Below are positions 17,637-25,322 of a DNA stretch of 30,486 bases, piece by piece (positions within the stretch are counted from its first letter, which is position 1; every line of letters starts with the position of its first letter). The notes beneath the pieces are model-generated. The model ran no database searches, was not told where the DNA came from, and saw only the letters and a program-made list of their open reading frames with translations. Source of the DNA: a virus (taxonomy: Duplodnaviria; Caudoviricetes); IMG/VR virus record IMGVR_UViG_3300049455_000065, positions 1 through 30,486 of that record; one strand, written 5' to 3'. The position numbers were made by a program, and so were the translations under genes.

Positions 17637-19949
17637 TCAATAACATTCCTCTGGAATTACAGGTATCGGCATGTATCCGGGTGTCTGGGTAATGGGTGTG
17701 CTCTGTCCTTGTAGTTGTGCCAGGTCAAGCGCGTTGCCTACAGTTACTGCGATGCCCGCGATACGTGGCAATTCAAGGCCATTCATTTCAACTTGTGGTG
17801 CTGAAGTTGTGCTAGCTGTGAGTAGTACGTCATTCACAAACACGACGCCTGGGACACGACTAGCAACGGCTGCCAACTCGGCTGCGAGCACAGTTTTTCC
17901 TCTGGGCCATCCTTTGTTGGCGTTAAATGGCTGCTGCGTACTGAGTATGGGTACTGCGTCGTCTAACTGCACATCCGGGTTAGCGGGTAGTGGTGAAAGA
18001 AACGTGATAAGCGCGCTTTTGACGGCTTCACGCACCTCTGCAATACTCGTACCCGCGATGACGTTGATGCCGATAGAAACCCAGATGGGCTTGTAGATAG
18101 GGCCACGCACAAACACCTCGGTTGTCACAAGGCGACGCGGATCCAGGTATGCACAGATTGCAGCGAGAAAATGATCGTTCGCCTGTGGTGCGTCTGGCTG
18201 AAGTGGGTCATAGCGTGGAATGACCATCAGCGTGACCGCTCCTGGCGCATCGCCCGCCTGGTTTGGTGCCAGTTCGGGATGGAAGGTTGGGATGACATCC
18301 ACGCGCCCGATATCTACTCCTGGAGTGCGTAGCGTGATAGCTTCAAAATCTGCTACGTTCACCAGACGGTCTCGATGTTGCAGATAGCGTGAAATGTGTT
18401 TCTCGCCTTCATCGATAGTTTCCGCATCAGTTCCACCCCAGGTCGGAAGCGGGTTGTTGGCAACAAAACCGCCAGAGAGGACGGGAATACTGCTAATAGC
18501 GTTCGGGCCGACATTGCCGCCACTACCCATACTATAAGCGTAGTCAGCACGCATAGTTGCTCCCGCCGGTGGGCGCATGCCATGCATTCCATCGCCGAAG
18601 CGTATTTTTCCCGATTCTGGATCGAGCACGAACACCTTTGACAAAGTGTTGATAGGATGTGTGGTGCCTGGTGGAAGTCGCAGGTCTGGCACCGCTACCT
18701 CTGAACCCGCGCTCATGAGGTCGTCGATACGCTGCCATTCCCCGGTGACGGTATTATTTGCCGAAAGCGTGGTGGTGACGGTCAGGTGGACGGAGCCGGG
18801 AACAACGGGCGTTTTTGAGAGCGTCACCACCTGGTCTGGTTCTCCTATGCCATCAGGGAGCAGTTCATTCACTACGAGCGCCTGTTGTATGGCAGGTACT
18901 GCGTTGATTCCAGCCCAGAGCAATTTGACGGATGCTGTCGTGGGCGATGTGACACGTATCCAGGTGATGACGCGCTGATTGACCTGCGTATCCTCTATTG
19001 CGGGTGGAAACTCATCTGCTCCAGCCTCTAGGGGGTCTAGATTCGTCCATATATCAAGTTCTGTTTCTATCGGCAGGGTAACCTCTACAATGCCAGGTTG
19101 CTCAAGTACATTCGTCGTTGCCCGTGCATCAAGTGGTCTATAGGATGGCCTCCGTTTGTCTTTGTCGGACGGTAAGGTTGTACCCTGCGGGAAGGTGGGC
19201 AGCAAATATTGTAGGAACAGTGTGCCTTCCGGGTTGGCCTGCCCTGCGGGAAGCAGTTGTCGTCCGGTATCAGTAAAAATAGGTACAATGCCCAGGCTGA
19301 GTGTTTTGCCCGCGATTGCCTTCCTTGCATTTAGTCTGTCTTCATTGGGACGTGCTAGAAGCGCAATCCACAGGGAATGGTCGACGGCATCTTGTCCGAG
19401 ATCAATGCCAGTATTGCCGCGCTGTGGAAAGGGCTGTGTTTCATAGAGTAATGGCAAGACATCGCTTTGTCCAGTCATACGCAGATAGGGGCTATAGAGT
19501 TGCGTATAGTAAGCAATCTGTGTTGGGGATGGATTCGCTAATTTATGTTTATAATACATCTGGGCTTCGATTGGCAAAATGTCCAGACCTTCTTCCGTCC
19601 TGAAAGGAATCTGTCCAGCACGAACCTCTACATCGGCGTTCAAGGTGAAAGTCTGAAGTCCGCCGCTTTTGTTCGTGATCGTGATAAGACCGCGTGAAGG
19701 CGTTGCTGATTGCAGTGGGATTCCGAGCAGCGAAAGAAACTTGCGCCGGTTGCGATCAGGAATCTGGTTGACACGGTACAGTAAACTCTCGGTCAAAAAA
19801 GCCCATAGCTCAATGATGGTCACACCAGGATCGCTTTTATTGAAATTTGTCCATTCGGGATTATGGACGGGAATACGTACCAATGCTTCTTCGAGCAGGT
19901 CTGCATATTTGCGGTTATCGATTGGCTGTAATTCTAACGGCATGGACAT
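17637..19949 (-). CDS. Baseplate J-like wedge protein (Afp11-like), 770 aa
   Basis: IDNRKYADL, RIP.HNPEWTNFNKSDPGVTIIEL, YRVNQIP, IRFGDGMHG.RPP, G..GNV, NPLPTWGG.DAET, RDRLV...DFE, YLDPRRLVTT, GWPRG. Confidence 0.93.
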   Translation of the reverse strand: MSMPLELQPIDNRKYADLLEEALVRIPVHNPEWTNFNKSDPGVTIIELWAFLTESLLYRVNQIPDRNRRKFLSLLGIPLQSATPSRGLITITNKSGGLQTFTLNADVEVRAGQIPFRTEEGLDILPIEAQMYYKHKLANPSPTQIAYYTQLYSPYLRMTGQSDVLPLLYETQPFPQRGNTGIDLGQDAVDHSLWIALLARPNEDRLNARKAIAGKTLSLGIVPIFTDTGRQLLPAGQANPEGTLFLQYLLPTFPQGTTLPSDKDKRRPSYRPLDARATTNVLEQPGIVEVTLPIETELDIWTNLDPLEAGADEFPPAIEDTQVNQRVITWIRVTSPTTASVKLLWAGINAVPAIQQALVVNELLPDGIGEPDQVVTLSKTPVVPGSVHLTVTTTLSANNTVTGEWQRIDDLMSAGSEVAVPDLRLPPGTTHPINTLSKVFVLDPESGKIRFGDGMHGMRPPAGATMRADYAYSMGSGGNVGPNAISSIPVLSGGFVANNPLPTWGGTDAETIDEGEKHISRYLQHRDRLVNVADFEAITLRTPGVDIGRVDVIPTFHPELAPNQAGDAPGAVTLMVIPRYDPLQPDAPQANDHFLAAICAYLDPRRLVTTEVFVRGPIYKPIWVSIGINVIAGTSIAEVREAVKSALITFLSPLPANPDVQLDDAVPILSTQQPFNANKGWPRGKTVLAAELAAVASRVPGVVFVNDVLLTASTTSAPQVEMNGLELPRIAGIAVTVGNALDLAQLQGQSTPITQTPGYMPIPVIPEECY

Positions 19950-19954
19950 ACTCC

Positions 19955-20350
19955 CTACGCATTTGCAAATGTAACGTTCAAACTGACGCGCTCTCGTGTT
20001 TGTGTAGCGACCAGTCGATAGGTAACCGTCGCGATAGCCAGTTGTGGATCGTCGGTATCAGGCACGACGTCAACTGACTCAACATGGATGCGTGGCTCCC
20101 ACTGCGCCAGCGCTTTTTCAATACGATCCTGAATGAGATGACGGGTAGTGACGGTATTCGGCTCAAACAGAAAGAGGCCGAGGCTACCACCAAAGTCAGG
20201 TTGCATCAACCGTTCATTCTGATCAGTTGTGAGGATGATCTGTATAGATTCCCGAACGTTAGCATCACCTTCGGACCACACCACACGTCCATCGGGTCCT
20301 ACATGCGGCGGAAAGCTGATACCTTTTCCGAACAATTTTGATGCGTTCAT
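19955..20350 (-). CDS. GPW/gp25-family baseplate wedge / sheath initiator (Afp9-like)
   Basis: FGKGISFP, VRESIQIILTT..NERLMQPDFG..L..FLFEPN, ALAQWEPRI.V. The ATG at 20350 has GAGG upstream, preferred over the TTG at 20356. Confidence 0.95.
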   Translation of the reverse strand: MNASKLFGKGISFPPHVGPDGRVVWSEGDANVRESIQIILTTDQNERLMQPDFGGSLGLFLFEPNTVTTRHLIQDRIEKALAQWEPRIHVESVDVVPDTDDPQLAIATVTYRLVATQTRERVSLNVTFANA

Positions 20351-20368
20351 CGTCAACCTCTTTGTTGT

Positions 20369-22015
20369 TTATTTCTTGCTGATTAATGGTATTGGGAAAC
20401 AGATACGCACAAAGGGTAACCACCAGAATATGATGTTTAACAGGACGAGAAAAATCATGAGCACGAGTAAAGCGCAGATCGTGATAATAGGGATAGCCAT
20501 CGAGCAGATAACGCCGAGATCGAACTCTTCGCCACTGGCAATATTGCCATCAATGACGCTTTTGAGATTTGTCACACTCTCCATCTGCTGACGGAGCTGA
20601 TTAGAAATGACAAAAGAGACATTTTTCTTGAATTTGCGCAGATTCGCGATACTCGTATCGATGGGAAGCGAGATACGAATCGGGCGAGCTGGCGCATCAA
20701 AGTCAAAGAACGACGCAATTTCAAACGGGGTGCTGGCCTCACTGACAATGCTTTGCACAGCACCACAGCGCGTACGCTGATAAACGCAGCGCAAGCTGAA
20801 AAGTGGTGTACCAACTCCGGTTGAGTTGAGCTTGGGCAGTGGTACGAGATCATTGGCAGGTGAGTGCGCGTGTGCTTGATACGGTCCAATAGCATTCTTT
20901 ACCGTGTCAGACAATTTTTGTAAATCAATCTTGGTGTATCTGAGATTGTAGGTAGGGAGCGTGGTAGCTGTCCCACCATCCAGGCCTATAATAACGTTGC
21001 GCTGATCCCACACAGTGCGTAATGCAGTCTGCCAGGTGATGGATGATGCTTTATCGATGTAGGATGTGCTAAGCAGATTATAAAGTGCTAGTCCCGCGCT
21101 ATCTATTGGTGGCGTAGATGTATAGATTGCCGTCCAGAGCGATGCTACTGACGATGGATATTTTGCGAGAAATGTGGCACAATCTAGCAGTACAAACAGC
21201 GATGCCTCTTGCTCGTGCCGTTCCCGCTCAGCATCAATTTCTGTTTTCTTTCCTTGTAATTCTGGTGGCAATGCCTGTATGGGCGCTTGTAAGTGCAGCT
21301 GTATCAGATCGATAATATTGCTCTGAAACTCATCCATGCGCGGGTCTGTTGCCGTTTTTGCGGGCACGCCAGGAGGCGTTGGCGCAGGCGTATCAAATGG
21401 CGATGGAAGCTTAGTTGCTGTAGCCTTAAATGACTCACGGCTGGACGTGGGAATGAGGCCAACCAGCAAACGCCGGCGTTGCCGGTTCTCTACAAAGTTG
21501 ACAGGAAACAGTGGAAGCAGTTCTTCTTGCTCTGCAAGAGTATGCTCTGTTCCATTCTGTAACATGAGCCACGTTTTGCTATTGGGCGATTCCGAGGTGC
21601 TAACCCAGGCAAACTCCGTTAGGTTATCCAAGCTGATGCGACGGCGCAACACAAAGCCGACTCTTTCGGCTTGTGTTGTATCAACAACCTTATCGGGTAG
21701 CCCAACGATGCGACAAACGAGATTAGCAGCAATCAAACAGAAGTGTCCATGGGTGGGTTGATAGAGCTTTAATTGTGCTGGTGGAGGTGGAGTATCCCCG
21801 ATTTCGCCGGGCAATAGTTCGCGAAAGCTTTCGGGCACGGCCTGATGATTAGAAAGGTCCGGCACTTCTTTTTGTAATTGCCGTGCAAGGTCTTCCATGA
21901 AGGTATCCGACGCGAAGCGCAGGATGGCTGGTTGCTGTATCTGCGCGGGTGTTTGCTGTGGTGTTTTCCACAGTGGAGACGCCGTAACCCATTGTACTAC
22001 AGGTTCTGCTGCCAT
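20369..22015 (-). CDS. Uncharacterised CIS-associated protein with hydrophobic C-terminal segment, 548 aa
   Basis: Long ORF 4 nt downstream of the spike gene. C-terminus GVICSMAIPIITICALLVLMIFLVLLNIIFWWLPFV is more than 30 uncharged residues. Confidence 0.8.
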   Translation of the reverse strand: MAAEPVVQWVTASPLWKTPQQTPAQIQQPAILRFASDTFMEDLARQLQKEVPDLSNHQAVPESFRELLPGEIGDTPPPPAQLKLYQPTHGHFCLIAANLVCRIVGLPDKVVDTTQAERVGFVLRRRISLDNLTEFAWVSTSESPNSKTWLMLQNGTEHTLAEQEELLPLFPVNFVENRQRRRLLVGLIPTSSRESFKATATKLPSPFDTPAPTPPGVPAKTATDPRMDEFQSNIIDLIQLHLQAPIQALPPELQGKKTEIDAERERHEQEASLFVLLDCATFLAKYPSSVASLWTAIYTSTPPIDSAGLALYNLLSTSYIDKASSITWQTALRTVWDQRNVIIGLDGGTATTLPTYNLRYTKIDLQKLSDTVKNAIGPYQAHAHSPANDLVPLPKLNSTGVGTPLFSLRCVYQRTRCGAVQSIVSEASTPFEIASFFDFDAPARPIRISLPIDTSIANLRKFKKNVSFVISNQLRQQMESVTNLKSVIDGNIASGEEFDLGVICSMAIPIITICALLVLMIFLVLLNIIFWWLPFVRICFPIPLISKK

Positions 22016-22019
22016 GTTA

Positions 22020-22736
22020 TCACCAGATATTTCCAGCCCCAGGCGTGTAAGAGGTACTTACAACGCTATTGGTAATGACCGTATCGGCCTGTACGACTCC
22101 ACTAAACTTCGACATTCCTGCGTTGACGGTGAGCATGCCCGCCGAGATTTCAGCGTTGCTAGCCGTAATCGTGACCTTCGCGGACGCTGACACCGTCACG
22201 CCGCTAGTGCCCAGCTTGATGGAATTGCCATTGCTATCAACCACCTCAACCGCTCCTGGCCCATCTTTCAGCGTGATCTTCTGTCCACCAGGTGTCTCTA
22301 GTAGAAGTGTTTCCTGCCCATCTGTATCATCAAGTGTAATCTTGATGCCTTTACGCGAACAGAGGACTTTGCGATAATTATTGCCCCCACCATCCATAGA
22401 GGCAGGTGGGTCATCTTTGCCATTCCAAAGGCCACCGATGACATAGGGATGGCGGGGGTCGCCCCCTTCAAAGGTAATCAACACTTCATCGTTCACATCG
22501 GGTATGAACCAGCTGCCGCGCTTATTGCCGCCCATCAATGTGGCGATGCGGGCCCAGGCTTCGTAGAGTTCCCCTTTGGAATCAGGCGACCAGGGCAGAG
22601 TGATTTTGACGCGTCCACGCCCGTCTGGGTCCTTAATGTCACTAACTAGCGCGGGGTAGACGCCGTACCAACGACCCCCTAAGCCGGTTGGTACGCGAGC
22701 ATCAATCATCATTTCAAGTGGCATTTGTTCAAACAC
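22020..22736 (-). CDS. Spike protein, baseplate assembly protein V / gp5 OB-fold (VgrG C-terminal half), 238 aa
   Basis: GVYPALV.DIKDPDGRGRVKI.LPW, WARIAT..GG..RG.WFIPDV.DEVL..FEGGDP..PYVIGGLWNG, followed by a beta-strand-rich tail. GTG start. Confidence 0.93.
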   Translation of the reverse strand: MFEQMPLEMMIDARVPTGLGGRWYGVYPALVSDIKDPDGRGRVKITLPWSPDSKGELYEAWARIATLMGGNKRGSWFIPDVNDEVLITFEGGDPRHPYVIGGLWNGKDDPPASMDGGGNNYRKVLCSRKGIKITLDDTDGQETLLLETPGGQKITLKDGPGAVEVVDSNGNSIKLGTSGVTVSASAKVTITASNAEISAGMLTVNAGMSKFSGVVQADTVITNSVVSTSYTPGAGNIW

Positions 22737-22781
22737 TGTGTCACCTATTCTCGTGGAGTAGAGAGCTTCTCTCCCACTCTG

Positions 22782-23840
22782 TTATGGTCTGCCAAGACCG
22801 GGACGTTCGGCAGTAAACTCACTACGAATACCATTCGCGCCATCAAAAAGGTGTTTGACTTCCGAGACATAATATTTGCCATTGAACAATGGGCCGAGTC
22901 CATCCAGGTCAATGGTATTGCCAACACGCAACTGGCTGGTCGTCTCGGCGATACCATGTCCTGTCACAAAGCGGCGTGCGCTGAGCTTAAAGTAGGCTTC
23001 CGCGATAGCCTGGGCCTCCTGTCCTGTCAGGGGAGCCGTATGTACTAGCGATTCCTTGCGTTGCCCAAGTGCGGAAGAGAGGACGCTCGCTCCGCTCAAG
23101 CCGCCATTTAACTCGCCGTTGATGATCGAATCGGTTGCCTCGTGCTGCAACCCACTTTTACTCGTGACATCCCAACCATTGACGGTCACGCCCGTGCGCT
23201 GCATCGCCAGGTCTGCCAGTACGGAGAACTCGCGCAGGTCTTTTCCATAGCTCATCTTCAATGCCCCATGTGCTCGATTGGTGCGGGGTTGCGCGTGCAA
23301 GGTACTGCCTTCCATCCATACCTCTGCGTCAATAGCGCGGGCGCGTTCACGTAGAAAGGCGAGGTCGCTCTGATTCACCTGGGCCAGTACTTTGTATTTC
23401 GGGCCGTGTACATCAACGCTGGGGCTTAATCCGTGTTCGTTAGCGATCTGTTTGATGACATCGGCATCGCTCACATCGCCAAAGGTGCGTGTACGGCGCG
23501 TCATACGCAAGTCTTGAAAGCGGTCCTCAATGAGTAATGTGAGCGCGGGTGGGCTGCCCTGTGGAAATTGACCTTCGAGACCCATGATGCGCCCGTTGAA
23601 CAGCACGTCAGTGCCGAGTTTGACCTGCATGGTTTTGCCGAAGTCGAGCAGACTGCGGTCAAAGTACAGGAATTCAATGCTCTTGTTTTTGTTGCCCCAG
23701 TTGCCAAACACGGCCTCGCAGCAATACAACCCATGCGTATCTTCCGCGATGAGCATGCTGAGCAGTCGTTGTGCTAGTTCTGGCTCGTCACGTCCAGCAA
23801 TAGTGATGATTGGGCGAGCAATTCTGACAGTGTTATCCAT
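22782..23840 (-). CDS. Baseplate hub, phage late control D / VgrG N-terminal (gp27-like) protein, 352 aa
   Basis: LFNGRIMGLEGQF, EDRFQDLRMTRRTRTF, QVNQSDLAFLRERA, V.VNGWD, LRVGNTIDLDGLG..FNGKYYVSEVKHLF. Confidence 0.92.
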   Translation of the reverse strand: MDNTVRIARPIITIAGRDEPELAQRLLSMLIAEDTHGLYCCEAVFGNWGNKNKSIEFLYFDRSLLDFGKTMQVKLGTDVLFNGRIMGLEGQFPQGSPPALTLLIEDRFQDLRMTRRTRTFGDVSDADVIKQIANEHGLSPSVDVHGPKYKVLAQVNQSDLAFLRERARAIDAEVWMEGSTLHAQPRTNRAHGALKMSYGKDLREFSVLADLAMQRTGVTVNGWDVTSKSGLQHEATDSIINGELNGGLSGASVLSSALGQRKESLVHTAPLTGQEAQAIAEAYFKLSARRFVTGHGIAETTSQLRVGNTIDLDGLGPLFNGKYYVSEVKHLFDGANGIRSEFTAERPGLGRP

Positions 23841-23863
23841 GGAATCTTAAGTCGTTCTTCCAA

Positions 23864-24037
23864 TTAATGGGCACGCATGCGTGCAAGACGGTGCATATGC
23901 TGTCGCACAACTCGATGAATATCATGTGCCGTAGAAGGCTGTTGTGGCTTCTGAGACTCGTCGGTGGGAGTCCCTAACGGTTTTGCGGCTGGTGGTGGCT
24001 CCGCGACAACCTCGAATTCGTTAATAATGACGGCCAT
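23864..24037 (-). CDS. Small CIS-associated protein (possible Afp6-like), 57 aa
   Basis: ATG at 24037 preceded by GAAGGGAG; MAVIINEFEVV...RLARMRAH. Fills the gap between the tube initiator and hub genes. The Afp6 analogy is from size, the M.V.I.E start and context only. Confidence 0.65.
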   Translation of the reverse strand: MAVIINEFEVVAEPPPAAKPLGTPTDESQKPQQPSTAHDIHRVVRQHMHRLARMRAH

Positions 24038-24068
24038 GTTGTATACTCCCTTCTCGTGTATTCGAATG

Positions 24069-24806
24069 CTAGCGGTTAGAAACCGAGACATTCATGTCGA
24101 TAAGCTGTCCTGGCGTAAGGATTCGAGGATTCTCAATGCCATTAGCGGCTGCGATGCCTTGCCAATCGCCCCCCTTACCTAAGCTCGCAGCGAGATTGGG
24201 CAAATTGGTATTCGCGAGAGCTGGTGTGAGTGGGCTGGTCCCAGGAGAGGGCAATGCGAGACCGCCACCACCGGATCCAGCTCGTCCTGCTGTTGGACGA
24301 ATCACAAACTCCTGTATCTTCTGCTGTGAGAGGCTCAGATTCATACTAGCGCGTAGCGGTCTGCCATCGTTGGAAAAGAACTCAAGCGACTCGTCCAGTG
24401 AATCCATCAGGCCATCAAATTGAAATGACCCCCACACAAAGCGAATGGCTGGTGGGATGAATGTATTAGAGCCGGGTGGATCCTGCTTGGGTGTGATAAA
24501 GTATGCCACGCGTTGTGTCAGCTTGCGCACATCATCCACTGTTGGATGATCGTCAGGCTGTGGTACGGTAATGTCAAACCAGATTTGTAGTGACAGTTTG
24601 GTTGTGCCAGCACCGACAAACTGGCGTGGCGCCGGACCCGTTTTGTCGCCACCTCCATCAGGCGAGACAAGCTGGTTGGCAAAGGTCACTTTCAAGGTTT
24701 CCGGATTGAACTGCACCTTGGTCCATTTCTCTTTGTTTTTCTCGTTTTTGAAATCTGCGTCCATTTCTCGCAGTTCTGCTTTCTCTGGTTTGGTCACATC
24801 TGTCAT
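24069..24806 (-). CDS. CIS tube initiator with C-terminal LysM-like domain (Afp7-like), 245 aa
   Basis: VQFNPETL, LSLQIWFD, PPAIRFVWGSFQF.G, ESLEFFS.DGRPLRA, and a LysM-type end WQGIAAANGIENPRILTPGQLI. Confidence 0.9.
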   Translation of the reverse strand: MTDVTKPEKAELREMDADFKNEKNKEKWTKVQFNPETLKVTFANQLVSPDGGGDKTGPAPRQFVGAGTTKLSLQIWFDITVPQPDDHPTVDDVRKLTQRVAYFITPKQDPPGSNTFIPPAIRFVWGSFQFDGLMDSLDESLEFFSNDGRPLRASMNLSLSQQKIQEFVIRPTAGRAGSGGGGLALPSPGTSPLTPALANTNLPNLAASLGKGGDWQGIAAANGIENPRILTPGQLIDMNVSVSNR

Positions 24807-24817
24807 CGTATTCCCTC

Positions 24818-25315
24818 TTACAATCCAACATTCATATTGAGGCCAATACCCGAACCCAGGCTGGGTTGCTTGAATGAAAGAGACTCATACACAAGCTGCA
24901 ATTCTTCAATGGCAATCACTCCATCTTTGGCATTTAATGCAGGAGCCTTCAGTTTGGTAGGCAGACAGCGTCGAAGCAGGAAGCGAGCGCGTTCTGTCTG
25001 CCCATCGCCTGCGAAGAGCACAACTTCTGCGTCGGCGCGTAGCCCTATTTTATCTGGTAATAGCATGGTGCTAAACCAGGTCCACAGGTCGAATGAGTCG
25101 GTCATGCCGCGTTTTAAGGTCAGTTGACCATAGCTCAGTGGCCCCGTCAAGCGAATCTGTTGACCATTGTTGCCGCCCTCGCGAATCGTCTTGACTTCCA
25201 TTGTCATCTCAAGCCCATCGCATTCAGAGAATGCAGCACTGCATATCTGAGGCGAGATGCCAGGGATGTTGATTTCGACCGCGAAGTTAAACGCAGTAAA
25301 TGGATAATTCGGCAT
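24818..25315 (-). CDS. Tail tube protein 2 (Afp5-like, gp19 family), about 165 aa
   Basis: YPFTAFNFAVEI, AAFSECDGLEM, IREGGNN, LTLKRGMT, PALNA, AIEELQLVYE. Start moved to the ATG at 25315 (GGAAGGA upstream), which removes the overlap with sheath 2. Confidence 0.93.
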   Translation of the reverse strand: MPNYPFTAFNFAVEINIPGISPQICSAAFSECDGLEMTMEVKTIREGGNNGQQIRLTGPLSYGQLTLKRGMTDSFDLWTWFSTMLLPDKIGLRADAEVVLFAGDGQTERARFLLRRCLPTKLKAPALNAKDGVIAIEELQLVYESLSFKQPSLGSGIGLNMNVGL

Positions 25316-25322
25316 GGCGTAC

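Noticed and set aside
22745-22957. 70-aa ORF near the spike as a possible PAAR
   Set aside because: Overlaps the hub gene in another frame and has no PAAR motifs.
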